Part shown: positions 1 to 10,067 of the stretch, piece after piece | Numbering within the stretch: the first letter of the stretch is position 1 | Layout: the number at the start of each line of letters is the position of its first letter | DNA from: Candidatus Thorarchaeota archaeon | GTDB lineage: Archaea; Asgardarchaeota; Lokiarchaeia; Sigyniarchaeales; SOKP01 | NCBI GenBank assembly: GCA_048882645.1 | Contig: JBHLRJ010000004.1 | Coordinates: 1-59,349, forward strand | Direction of reading: 5' to 3' | DNA length: 59,349 nucleotides | Position numbers and translations under genes: made by a program | Notes under the pieces: model-generated | Told to the model about the DNA's origin: nothing | The model's database searches: none | Seen by the model: the letters and a program-made list of their open reading frames with translations, nothing else

Positions 1-304
1 TTTCATTTATTATTTCATCAAAACTTATTCCATATGGAAATAAATAAAAAGATAATTTCTTCCCAATTTCAAAAAGAAGCTTAGAAGATTCATACAAAAG
101 ACAATTTTGGGCGGAAATAATCTTTTTAAAGGAGAAAAAATCTAAATTTTGATTTTGATCTTCATATTTTATGTTTTTTAGGTGGAGCATTTCGGCTTCT
201 TTTAAGATGGACTTCAACCCATCATAATCTAAAATATCTTGATAAGCCTGAAGAAGAGCAGTTACTACTTTATACTTAACTTCTCCTTTAAAATCTCCAA
301 TCAT
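1..304 (-). CDS. Partial CDS running off the window edge; probable V4R-family protein
   Basis: Open frame from ATG at 304 (MIGDFKGEVKYKVVTALLQAYQDILDYDGLKSILKEA...LFEIGKK) to the window start. Family call is by resemblance only. Confidence 0.55.
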   Translation of the reverse strand, partial: MIGDFKGEVKYKVVTALLQAYQDILDYDGLKSILKEAEMLHLKNIKYEDQNQNLDFFSFKKIISAQNCLLYESSKLLFEIGKKLSFYLFPYGISFDEIINE

Positions 305-396
305 TTGTAGTTTAATTATATAAATTTTATTTTTAAAATATACTATTATCTGTAAGTTACTCTTTGTTTAACATTTTCTATTTGAGATCTCACATT

Positions 397-825
397 TTAA
401 ATTTTTAACAGAGATAAATCAAATTGAGGATCCCTTGACCTTTCTAAAGTTCTATCAATTTCTAAAATATGAACTTCACCTGTTATTGAGACTATACTCG
501 GTTGGATTAGATGCCCGCCAATCATAGTGTAATCTCTCCTACCTATAGAAATATGTAAGTGAACTACGGGTTTATCATCCATAAATGATATATTTCCCAT
601 GCATGAAATTAATTCAATATATTCATTAAAAGTTTTTGAGATGTATTCTTTCGAGTTAATATCAAAATACCCTATTGTAAATTGTTTTAAGGCTCCTATG
701 CAATTAACTAAACCAGATTTTATATTATGTTTTTTTATCATCTGTATTATTGATTCAATTAAGTCTTCATCTGGCTCAACCTTTCCTACTATAATCCGGT
801 TAATTGTGCTTTCAATACTATTCAT
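397..825 (-). CDS. PPC/DUF296 domain protein
   Basis: Motifs CIGAL, ELISCMGNIS, HLHISIG and GGHL are typical of DUF296. Confidence 0.85.
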   Translation of the reverse strand: MNSIESTINRIIVGKVEPDEDLIESIIQMIKKHNIKSGLVNCIGALKQFTIGYFDINSKEYISKTFNEYIELISCMGNISFMDDKPVVHLHISIGRRDYTMIGGHLIQPSIVSITGEVHILEIDRTLERSRDPQFDLSLLKI

Positions 826-990
826 GTATATTCATCTAAGTAAGTTCTCATACATATCTGATGAATTCAGATTTTTTATATTTGAGCCTAGGGGGTGAAT
901 TAATTATTAAACAATTTTACTCTTTTTTTAAAAATGAGAGAGAATACCATTAAGTTTTTAATTTTGTATGCCCTTACTTATAATATAAAG

Positions 991-1146
991 GTGGATGTGG
1001 ATGTTATGAAAATAAATATTGTCACTTTACTTTTAGCTCAAAATATTAATGTGATTACATCCACGATTATTATTATATAAATCCTTTTCTTTATGAAGTG
1101 AATTTTCATAAAGCTTACTCCACATCCTACTTCATAGAGAGAAAAG
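991..1146 (+). promoter_or_regulatory. Attenuator-like leader with alternative RNA pairings upstream of ileS
   Basis: 1089-1097 pairs with 1105-1113, or 1084-1099 pairs with 1129-1146. 991-1000 can pair with 1057-1064 or with 1120-1127. Confidence 0.6.
1006..1080 (+). CDS. Putative Ile-rich leader peptide of ileS (MKINIVTLLLAQNINVITSTIIII)
   Basis: 24-codon uORF with 8 Ile codons, ending ATT ATT ATT ATA TAA. It follows AAGGTGGA and lies 176 nt before ileS. In-frame GTGs at 991 and 997 are alternative starts. Confidence 0.7.
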   Translation: MKINIVTLLLAQNINVITSTIIII

Positions 1147-1256
1147 ATTGAGAATTGTTATAATAACTTAAAGATGTTAAAAAACATTATTTTTTATAAT
1201 TTTAATTTAACAAGGTTAGGATATCAATAAGAAAATTATCTCAGGTGTTATAGGGG

Positions 1257-4109
1257 TTGAAACTCGAAAAAGAAATAGAACTTATACGGTTTTGGAAGGA
1301 AAAGCAAATATTTGAAAAAAGTGTGGAACAGAAATCAGAGGAGAACCCATATATATTTTATGATGGACCCCCATTTGCAACAGGATTGCCCCATTATGGA
1401 CATATACTGAGTTTTGTAACTAAAGATGTATTTCCAAGATATTGGACAATGAAAGGATATCGTTGCGAGAGAAGATGGGGTTGGGATTGCCATGGGCTTC
1501 CAATAGAAAGTATATGTGAAGATGCATTAAATATAAAACAAAAAAAAGAAATATATGAAATGGGCATAGGAAACTTCAATGAATTTTGTAGATCAAAAGT
1601 ACTCTGGTATACAAATGAATGGAAAAAGACAGTTGAAAGAATGGGAAAATGGATTGAGTTTGATAATTCATACAAGACAATGGATAATTCATATATGGAG
1701 ACAGTGTGGTATATATTTAAGAAAATCTATGAGGAAGGTTTTGTATACAAGGGTAAAAAAGTATTATTTTATTGTCCACGATGTGAAACGCCATTATCTA
1801 ATTCTGAAATTTCAATGGATAATAGTTATAAAGACATAACCGAACAATCAATAACAGCGAAGTTTAAATTAAAAGAAGAAGAAAATACTTTCCTGTTAGC
1901 GTGGACAACTACACCTTGGACTCTGATTGGTAATGTAGCTTTAGCTGTAAATAGTAAGGAGATCTATGTTAAAATAAAGGTTGGCGATGAATTCTTAATA
2001 TTAATAGAAAATCAGTTAAGCATTGTTAGTGATGATTATGAAATTGTAGAGTGTTTTAAAGGAAAAAAGCTTCTCTTCAAAAAATATGAGCCATTATATG
2101 AAATTTCTAATGGTTCAGAGAAGGAAGGATATATTGTTATTGACGGGGGTGATGAAGTTCTCATTGAGGAGGGAACAGGTGTTATACATCTAGCGGTATA
2201 TGGGGAATTTGACTATGAAATGATTAAAAAATATGGCTTGCCTCTCATTCAACATATTGATGAACATGGTAACCTCTTTCTCGGTCCAAAGGAGTGGATT
2301 GGTTTGTGGTTTAAGGACGTAGATAATGAAGTTTTAGATGATTTAGAACAAAGAGGATTGTTATTTAGTTCTGAGGATCATGTACACTCTTATCCATTCT
2401 GTTATAGATGTGATACACCTTTAATGTATAATGCCTTGGATGCATGGTTCATAAATATTCAGCGAATTAAACCAACACTTTTGAAAACCAATGAAATGAT
2501 CAATTGGTACCCAAAAGAAATTTCTAAAAGATATCAAAATATACTAGAAACAGCTCCAGATTGGTGTATCTCCAGAAATCGATTTTGGGCTACTGCGATT
2601 CCCATATGGGAATGTAAGGGATGTGAAGAGATTGCAGTTATAGGATCCGTAAAGGAATTAAGAGAATTGGCTATAGAAGATGTGCCTGAAGATTTAGATT
2701 TACACCGACATATGGTTGATAAAATACATCTTCAATGCCAAAATTGCGGTTCAGTGATGGATCGCATAACAGAAGTGTTTGATTGTTGGTTAGAATCAGG
2801 ATCTATGCCATATGCGTCGAAACATTATCCATTTGAAAATGTAGAATGGTTTAAATCCAATTTTCCAAGCGATTTTGTGTCTGAGTACGTTGGACAAGTA
2901 AGGGCATGGTTTTACTATATGCATGTAGTATCTATTCTTTTATTTAATAATATTCCGTTTAAAAATGTGGTAGTAAATGGTAATATTCTTGCTGAAGATG
3001 GTACTAAAATGTCAAAATCGAAAAGAAACTTCCCTGATCCAAATCTAATAATTGAAAAGTATGGAGCAGATGCATTAAGGGTTTATCTTTTATCATCACA
3101 ATTGATGCGGGCGCAAGATTTGAACTTTAAGGAAGACATCGTAAAACAAATTTATCGAAGATTCAATTTACTACTGTTTAATGTGTTGAATTTCTACTCA
3201 TTGATTGAAATCGATGATTTGAGTATGAAGTTAAGCAATTTAGATAACGTTTTAGATCGCTGGGTAATTAGTATGCTAAAAATTTTAATTAGGGAAGTTA
3301 CCAATCGAATGGATGATTACGACACAGCAGAAGTATGTAGGCTTTTCTTTAATTTTGTGGAAAATCTCTCAACTTGGTATCTGAAAAATAGTAGAAATCG
3401 TTTTAAAAGTGACAATAAAAACGAGCAATTTTCAGCGATGATCATATTAACTTATGTCCTTGAGAACTTATCAAAACTCCTAGCTCCATTAACGCCTTTC
3501 ATTGCAGAGAATATATATCAGAAGTTAAAGGAAAGGAATGTGGTGGAATTAGAATCTGTTCATTTAGAGAATTGGCCTGATCTTGATGAAAAATTAATAG
3601 ATGTAGAACTTAATAAAAAGATGGATTTAGCACGTGAAATAGTTAAACGATCATTAGAATTAAGAGATAACGCGAAAATACCTATAAGACAAGTGTTAAA
3701 CAAAATCACATTAAGAGGAGTAGTGCTTGAGAGAGATTATTTGGAAGTAATAGCAAAAGCTATAAATGTAAGAGACATCATAATAGAAAAGGGAGAAAAT
3801 GAGGAGTTTAATATAATCTTAGATACAGAAATTACACCTGAGTTAAAACTTGAAGGAATAGCAAGAAATCTAATCAGACATATTAATAATTATAGAAAAG
3901 AACTAAAATTATCGACAAAGAATCGAATTATTCTTTATATAGAAACAAAAAGTAAGGAAGTTATAAAAGGAGTTGAAAAACATGAAGAAAAAATTAAAAA
4001 ATTGGTACAAGCAGATAGTATTGTAACACAGGTTAAAGGAAGGACAGATACAAAGAAATTCAAAATTGAAGACAATATTATTGAAGTATATATAGAACTT
4101 AAAAACTAA
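1257..4109 (+). CDS. ileS: Isoleucine--tRNA ligase (archaeal/eukaryotic type)
   Basis: DGPPFATGLPHYGH (HIGH motif), GWDCHGLP, WTTTPWTL, DWCISRNRFW and KMSKS motifs. Confidence 0.97.
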   Translation: MKLEKEIELIRFWKEKQIFEKSVEQKSEENPYIFYDGPPFATGLPHYGHILSFVTKDVFPRYWTMKGYRCERRWGWDCHGLPIESICEDALNIKQKKEIYEMGIGNFNEFCRSKVLWYTNEWKKTVERMGKWIEFDNSYKTMDNSYMETVWYIFKKIYEEGFVYKGKKVLFYCPRCETPLSNSEISMDNSYKDITEQSITAKFKLKEEENTFLLAWTTTPWTLIGNVALAVNSKEIYVKIKVGDEFLILIENQLSIVSDDYEIVECFKGKKLLFKKYEPLYEISNGSEKEGYIVIDGGDEVLIEEGTGVIHLAVYGEFDYEMIKKYGLPLIQHIDEHGNLFLGPKEWIGLWFKDVDNEVLDDLEQRGLLFSSEDHVHSYPFCYRCDTPLMYNALDAWFINIQRIKPTLLKTNEMINWYPKEISKRYQNILETAPDWCISRNRFWATAIPIWECKGCEEIAVIGSVKELRELAIEDVPEDLDLHRHMVDKIHLQCQNCGSVMDRITEVFDCWLESGSMPYASKHYPFENVEWFKSNFPSDFVSEYVGQVRAWFYYMHVVSILLFNNIPFKNVVVNGNILAEDGTKMSKSKRNFPDPNLIIEKYGADALRVYLLSSQLMRAQDLNFKEDIVKQIYRRFNLLLFNVLNFYSLIEIDDLSMKLSNLDNVLDRWVISMLKILIREVTNRMDDYDTAEVCRLFFNFVENLSTWYLKNSRNRFKSDNKNEQFSAMIILTYVLENLSKLLAPLTPFIAENIYQKLKERNVVELESVHLENWPDLDEKLIDVELNKKMDLAREIVKRSLELRDNAKIPIRQVLNKITLRGVVLERDYLEVIAKAINVRDIIIEKGENEEFNIILDTEITPELKLEGIARNLIRHINNYRKELKLSTKNRIILYIETKSKEVIKGVEKHEEKIKKLVQADSIVTQVKGRTDTKKFKIEDNIIEVYIELKN

Positions 4110-4203
4110 CTCCTTCCTTTTTTCCAATATTTATTTAGGTTAACAAGAATAAGGGATTTAAAACTCCGTAAAATTATTATACCTCGTTATTCTTTTTTTA
4201 TGT

Positions 4204-5659
4204 ATGCTCAAAATCTATAATACAATGACAAGGCAAAAGGAAGTTTTTACACCCCTCGAAGAAGGTCATGTGAAGATCTATACATGTGGTCAAACTGTCG
4301 TAGCATCTAGCTAGATTGGACAAAACAGTCTATGATGATGTTCACATAGGAAATGCGAGAACCTATAGTTCTTGGGATGTAGTAGTTCGATATTTACAGT
4401 ATAAGGGTTATAACGTTTTTCATGTTCAAAACTTTACGGATGTCGGCCATTTAACTGATGATGCAGATCAAGGTGAAGACAAAATAGAAAAACGAGCAAA
4501 GGAACAAAAAGTTAATCCTTGGGAGCTCGTTGATAAACAAATTGAGGAGTATTGGCAAGTAGTTGATGATTTGAATATTCTTAGGCCAAATATCACCCCT
4601 AGAGCGACATCTTTAATCCCTGAAATGATTGAGTTGATTAAAATTCTTATAGATAAGGGTTACGCTTACGAAGTACAGGGGAATGTTTATTATGATATTT
4701 CTAAATTTCCTAATTATACAAAGCTTTCGGGATTAAAACTTGATGAAGAAGCCGCACAAGCTCGAGTAGATCAAGATGAACTCAAACGAAACCCTTTTGA
4801 TTTTGCTCTATGGTTAAATGCAAAAAAGGGGGATGAGATTCATATAATGAGATGGAAATCACCATGGGGAGAGGGATATCCAGGATGGCATCTTGAATGT
4901 TCCATTATGGCATTGAAATTCCTTGGTGATACCATCGATATACATGGTGGTGGCATTGATCACATTCCTACTCACCATCCAAATGAAATTGCTCAAGCTG
5001 AAGCCGCTACGGGAAAGAAATTTGTTCAATATTGGATGCATGCTGCATTTATTACCTTAAACGGAAGAAAGATGAGTAAAAGTCTTGGAAATTATGTCAC
5101 CGCCCGAGAATTGATTGATAAACATGGAGGATTGGTTGTTCGAATGGGATTAATATCTGGGCATTATAGATCAGCTGTCGATTGGAATCCAGATGTTATC
5201 GAAAATGCAAAAAAGAATACTGAAAGAATTCGAAACTGTTTAAGTCTAGTTAATGATTCTCCCGGTGGAAATAAATCTAACCTAAATCAAGCTATAGATG
5301 TTGTAAAACAGGCGTTCGAGCAAGCAATGGATGATGATTTTAACCAACCAAAGGCATTAGCTGCAATTCATGAATTTATCACTCAAATAAATTCTTCCCT
5401 GGATAATAAGAAGGAGATCCTGAATAGAGCAAAGAAAACCCTACTCGAATTACTCGGTGTGTTTGGACTTGATTTTACAGCAAAGAAAGGGATTGATGAT
5501 ACAAAAATAAATGAATTAATGGATATTATAATTAAAGTTAGAGAAAAGGCTAGAAAGGACAAGGATTATGGTTTGAGCGATGAGATACGAGAGAAATTAC
5601 GAACAGTGGGCATCCAAATAGAAGATACAGATGAAGGACCACGATGGAGAATTGTATAA
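4204..5659 (+). CDS. cysS: Cysteine--tRNA ligase, reading frame interrupted by a 31-nt segment (4300-4330)
   Basis: N-terminus [15 protein letters not shown]...YTCGQTV (4204-4299) continues as [10 protein letters not shown] from 4331 in another frame. [12 protein letters not shown] and KMSKS motifs are intact. Confidence 0.92.
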
Positions 5660-5764
5660 AGATTTATTTTTTTAGAAGAAAATTTTCCCATACTATTAAA
5701 TTCTTATTTGTAATATAGTTAAATATTAACAAATAGATTATCAAATATAGAAGGATTTAATGCA

Positions 5765-6508
5765 GTGAAAAGAAAAATCATAATTTTTATGTTTTTATTA
5801 TATATTGGAATATTGAGTTTTCTTTTTTTATATATTCTGTTACCGGGAGTGGCTATAGAAGAAAAAAAATCGATTATTGCAATTGAAAACGCAACAGTTG
5901 ATGCCTATTATCCTGATGTGAATTATGGTGGTAATTCTGAATTAGAAGTTGGATATTGGATTTCTCAATCGAATTTTGGAGGGAGCCAGCCTACAGAATT
6001 TAGTGAATGGACGACATATATAAAGTTTGATTTGTCAGAAGCTCCAGTAAATTTTCATAAAGCAGAATTAAGATTGGAGTGTATTTACGTTGAAACTAAT
6101 ATTTTAATAGGCATTTATGAGACAAGTAGTGAATGGAATGAATTTTCTATCAATTGGAATAACGCACCATTACCTGGAGTCTGGGTGTCATTTAATTATA
6201 TGGTTAAAAAAATTGTATACACCATTGATGTAGTAAATGCTGTTGAGGATGAGATGGGAAATTGGTCAATTTACCTATCCTCTGATAATACAAATTGGTT
6301 ATCATTGGCATCGAAAAACTGCTATAATGGGTATAATCCTCCTGAAGTAGAATTCTATTATTTTAAGACAAGCTATACGCCGACTATTATTGTTTCAATA
6401 GTAGTAATCATTTTACTGATTGTGATTTTTATAGCCATAAGATATAATAAATATCGAAAAAGAGACAATAAAAAGAAAATTAAAAAATTATTTTTTAGAT
6501 TAATTTAA
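5765..6508 (+). CDS. Membrane-anchored DNRLRE/CBM96-like domain protein
   Basis: N- and C-terminal hydrophobic helices; PDVNYGG, YIKFDLS and WNEFSINWNNAP motifs. Confidence 0.65.
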   Translation: MKRKIIIFMFLLYIGILSFLFLYILLPGVAIEEKKSIIAIENATVDAYYPDVNYGGNSELEVGYWISQSNFGGSQPTEFSEWTTYIKFDLSEAPVNFHKAELRLECIYVETNILIGIYETSSEWNEFSINWNNAPLPGVWVSFNYMVKKIVYTIDVVNAVEDEMGNWSIYLSSDNTNWLSLASKNCYNGYNPPEVEFYYFKTSYTPTIIVSIVVIILLIVIFIAIRYNKYRKRDNKKKIKKLFFRLI

Positions 6509-6529
6509 ATAAATAATATATTGAAGAAA

Positions 6530-8269
6530 TTAATCCTTGACAGATTCTAAAAGTTCCTCGATCTCTGCTTGGATTACTTCTGGCTTCTTTGCAGTTTGCC
6601 CTTGTATAGCGAGTTTTCTCTCTACAATTGGTCTGTGGAGTGTGTTCATCGAGCAGAATGGAATTTCGCGGACTTTTGAAGGATCGTCGGGGTCAATGAC
6701 TCCGTAATGAACAAGACAACGGCATACCCTATTAAGGTCAAAATTATAAGAATCTTGAAAATGCATACTAGATACCATTAAATTGCGATTGTGAAGAAAA
6801 TCTCCAGCCGATTTTAGGTTTGGGGCCATAACTAAACGAGCAAATGCTTGATATGTCTTGTTAGTAAGAATTTTCTCCGGATGTTTAATAAATCTCGCTG
6901 CACCAGCAAAATAATAAGCTTTTATCGCCTGTCTATAGCCTAAACTAGTCATATCGTCAACAAAATCGCCAATCTTGGCAACGATTTGACCAAAGTCAGT
7001 TAAATCAATACCTTTTAATAAACCAGTAGGTTTCGGGACTTCTTGCTTTTCAACCATATCCCATACCTGGTTCGACCATCTTATCAATCCCTCCGCATCG
7101 AAGTATTTTTCAATAGGATCCCATTCATTCTTCTCATTAACTATACATATGGTTGCAAAACCGCAATCTGCGTGACTTGTCATGCTAAACGGGGGCATGT
7201 TATCAAACCAAGCTAAGAGTTTTGTCATTTTTGCAGTAGTTGCAATTGGATAGAATTTGGTAACTGCGTTATTTGTATGTAGATTAATCGCTTCTTTCAA
7301 ATCAGAGGTCGTATAACGGATATCCATTAATTCTTCAAAACTGATACGCCCTGTTAACGAAACAGGTTGAAAAATAATACCTGAGACAACATCACAGTTA
7401 TCTCTCGCGAAATCCATAATGGGTCCAATTTGATTGTCATTTACCCCTTTAGCAAGGGTTGGAACTAACATAACGCCATAGAAGCCAATTTTACGAGCAT
7501 TTTCAATGACTCTCTTTTTAAGAGGCCATAAATTAACTCCTCGGATCTTTTTCCATATTTCAGGGGCGTCGGTGGCGTCAAATTGAAGATAAATTGCATC
7601 CATTCCAGCATCCATGCATTTTTTCATAAATTCAGGAGATTTTCCAAATCGAACACCATTAGTGGTTACCATAACTTCTGTAAATCCTAGTTCATGACCT
7701 TTACGAATAATTTCTGGAAGATCATCTCTTACAGTTGGTTCTCCGCCCGATAATTGAAGTAAAACCGCAGGGATAGGCTTCATTGAACGGAAGTGTTCCA
7801 TAATTCTTACAAGTTCTTCGAATGTTGGTTCTACAACATAGCCTTTTGCGCTGGCGTTAGCAAAACAAATAGGACAAGTAAGGTTGCATCGATTAGTGAT
7901 ATCTATTAGACAAATGTTTGGAGCACTTTTGTGATGTGTACATAGTCCACAGTCATAAGGGCATCCTTTTTTTATCTCTTTGATTCCGGAGGATACAAAT
8001 TCAGGTTGAGTGGAGTTATTCACAGTGGACCCGAGTTCTTCTGTAAACGTCTGTTGCCATTTATAATCTTCTGGATTAATAGATAATTTATCTTTGAATT
8101 CACCATGATCTTTACATGTTTTTTGCATCATCACCCAATTTGTATTGGGATCTACAATTATTTCAGCCGGAATATTTTGCATACATTCTGGACAAATGCT
8201 GGTTGTCGTTCGGATTATTTCATAATCACTTTTAGGAGTTGAGTTAGAACTTTGTGTCATAAGACTCAT
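6530..8269 (-). CDS. tes: Radical SAM tetraether lipid synthase (Tes/GDGT-MAS family)
   Basis: N-terminal CPEC...CKDHG, CPYDCGLC, CxxxCxxC (CNLTCPIC), SGGEPT, HADCG, MHFQDSYNFD, RCLVHY and IPFC motifs. Confidence 0.85.
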   Translation of the reverse strand: MSLMTQSSNSTPKSDYEIIRTTTSICPECMQNIPAEIIVDPNTNWVMMQKTCKDHGEFKDKLSINPEDYKWQQTFTEELGSTVNNSTQPEFVSSGIKEIKKGCPYDCGLCTHHKSAPNICLIDITNRCNLTCPICFANASAKGYVVEPTFEELVRIMEHFRSMKPIPAVLLQLSGGEPTVRDDLPEIIRKGHELGFTEVMVTTNGVRFGKSPEFMKKCMDAGMDAIYLQFDATDAPEIWKKIRGVNLWPLKKRVIENARKIGFYGVMLVPTLAKGVNDNQIGPIMDFARDNCDVVSGIIFQPVSLTGRISFEELMDIRYTTSDLKEAINLHTNNAVTKFYPIATTAKMTKLLAWFDNMPPFSMTSHADCGFATICIVNEKNEWDPIEKYFDAEGLIRWSNQVWDMVEKQEVPKPTGLLKGIDLTDFGQIVAKIGDFVDDMTSLGYRQAIKAYYFAGAARFIKHPEKILTNKTYQAFARLVMAPNLKSAGDFLHNRNLMVSSMHFQDSYNFDLNRVCRCLVHYGVIDPDDPSKVREIPFCSMNTLHRPIVERKLAIQGQTAKKPEVIQAEIEELLESVKD

Positions 8270-8590
8270 TCCGTGTTTTGAATTTTAATTAAATAAACAT
8301 TTTAATTAAATAATTAGTATTTTAATAAATATTGAAATCTTTTAAATATTTTAATAATATCTATAGTATTATCAATATTATTAAAAAAGGTTTTTTTTAT
8401 TAATAAAGCTGAAAATTTGATTACTCATTTTAATATTTTTGTTATAAAATATTAGGAGTTTAACACTTTATTGTAATGTTGTTATAAACTCCTTATAATT
8501 GAGATTAAAATAAGTCAAATACATTAACGTCTCTAAGAGATAATCAAAAGAGTGACTTTTTAAAAGCTTTTTAGCCTTTAAGAATAGTAA

Positions 8591-8715
8591 GGGGAGCCTC
8601 CTGCCAACGGACGCAAATTTGCGTCAAAAATACAATAGGGGGAGGAGGGCGAAATCAGAGTGTAATAATTTACACTACTAAAAGACAAAAATCCAGGGTG
8701 TAGGCAGGAGGCATA
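8591..8715 (+). ncRNA. Unassigned GC-rich structured RNA candidate
   Basis: 10-bp closing stem 8596-8605/8703-8712, internal hairpins at 8610-8625 and 8659-8676, and a TATA-like TTTTTAAAA at 8557-8565. The strand is inferred from the promoter position. Confidence 0.5.
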
Positions 8716-8896
8716 TTTATTATTAATTTTGGTTTCGATTTCTAGCACGTATATATTTTATCGGATTTTTAAATGATATTTTATTCTTAAAATGATTTTT
8801 TACTATATTTTAATATCCATGAAAAATTTAAATCCTAAAAAAAGTATATGATTTGAAGCTTATAAATCAAATTAAAAATAATATGGTAAGCTACTT

Positions 8897-9289
8897 GTGA
8901 TTAAGTTAAGGAAGAAAAAGGAACAATCAGTAGGAAGACCGGAGCCGGAATTTAAATTTGGTATTGGAACAATTATATGGTTTATCATTGGATTTATAGT
9001 GTCCTGGGGAAATATGCTTATAATTAGTAAATTTATGGAGATTTGGTCATATTTAACAGTAATTTTTACTTCTGGAGTCCCGGGAGTAATAATTGGATTA
9101 AAAGATAGATACTGGGGTTATGGTTATATTTTTGGATTTGCAATTGCGGGTATTCCATTTTTATTTATAGTTGATGCTTTTGTTGGGGGTTATACATTTG
9201 CGACTGCTTTGTTTCTTTTCATAATCATAATGTTAATATTTTGGACAGGGTGGAGATCGATTTCATCAATTAAGCAAGTAGAGGAATAA
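8897..9289 (+). CDS. Hypothetical membrane protein (~4 TM helices)
   Basis: Hydrophobic, Gly-rich segments throughout. Confidence 0.7.
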   Translation: MIKLRKKKEQSVGRPEPEFKFGIGTIIWFIIGFIVSWGNMLIISKFMEIWSYLTVIFTSGVPGVIIGLKDRYWGYGYIFGFAIAGIPFLFIVDAFVGGYTFATALFLFIIIMLIFWTGWRSISSIKQVEE

Positions 9290-9304
9290 AATTAACATTA
9301 TTAT

Positions 9305-9511
9305 CTATATTAGTATCAAATTTTTACATTTTACACATAATAATGCTTCTTTCTCTGCTTTTTGAGCACACTTCAAGCAATATTTTGTTTTACAGACTCG
9401 ACAGGTGTATATTTCACCCTGAATATCACCCTTATGAAGAAGGCAGAAATTTTCATCAATAATAAAAGAGGGAGGAAATTTAGGGGGTGGAGGTAATTTC
9501 TTTTTTCTCAT
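9305..9511 (-). CDS. Small Zn-finger (RING-like) protein
   Basis: CxxH...CxxC-x4-CxxC...CxxC pattern. Start chosen at MRKKKLPPPP (9511); an upstream ATG at 9562 is possible. Confidence 0.6.
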   Translation of the reverse strand: MRKKKLPPPPKFPPSFIIDENFCLLHKGDIQGEIYTCRVCKTKYCLKCAQKAEKEALLCVKCKNLILI

Positions 9512-9596
9512 GAAACCACAGGAAGGAAGATTTTTAGATTTAGGATTCTGCTTATATTGCATTAATAAAGAACCAAATTAGAAATGATAAAACAAT

Positions 9597-10067
9597 TTAT
9601 AATAGTGCTTGTACATCTTCGATTTCAACGTCAATTACATTTGCTATGGCCATGAATTTATTTTTAATATTACCAATCGACAATGTTCCTGAATCTAATA
9701 TATCCCCAATTAAATAAGTTTCATAAAAGCATTTTTCCATTTCATAACACAATCCTGTTGTGTGTAGGATCTCTTTACTTAAATTCAATTCATTTAGCAC
9801 ATTTGAGATGCCCTTCACTAGATCTGGAGAAAACTCCTTTAATTTTATGAGAATCTTTTTTATGTTTTTATTTTTTGTAGGAAAACAGCTTATTTTAACG
9901 ACATCTTCACGTGAAATGAATATTAGCAAATAGTATGGGGATTTTAGGATTTCTTCCTTAATTTCAGGCGGAAAAATTGGATTGTTATTCAATTCATTAC
10001 TTGTTATTATTAAGCCAACAGAAATTTTATTTTTTTGAGCTCCATTATTGGTTTCCATACCAATCAA
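9597..10067 (-). CDS. Hypothetical protein
   Basis: 156-aa ORF with protein-like composition and no recognised motif. Confidence 0.65.
   Translation of the reverse strand: MIGMETNNGAQKNKISVGLIITSNELNNNPIFPPEIKEEILKSPYYLLIFISREDVVKISCFPTKNKNIKKILIKLKEFSPDLVKGISNVLNELNLSKEILHTTGLCYEMEKCFYETYLIGDILDSGTLSIGNIKNKFMAIANVIDVEIEDVQALL

Noticed and set aside
4297-4328. GT...AG spliceosomal-like intron in cysS
   Set aside because: The GT-AG spans ending at 4328 (32 or 29 nt) do not restore the frame, and no canonical 4-bp BHB gives a 31-nt excision either.
4316-5659. ORF-track start of cysS at TTG 4316
   Set aside because: It omits the conserved N-terminus and the Zn-ligand Cys encoded from ATG 4204.
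8589-8715. TPP riboswitch or tRNA reading of the GC-rich element
   Set aside because: It starts AGGGGAGC but lacks CTGAGA and the downstream TPP core, and it has no D-arm or T-arm consensus.
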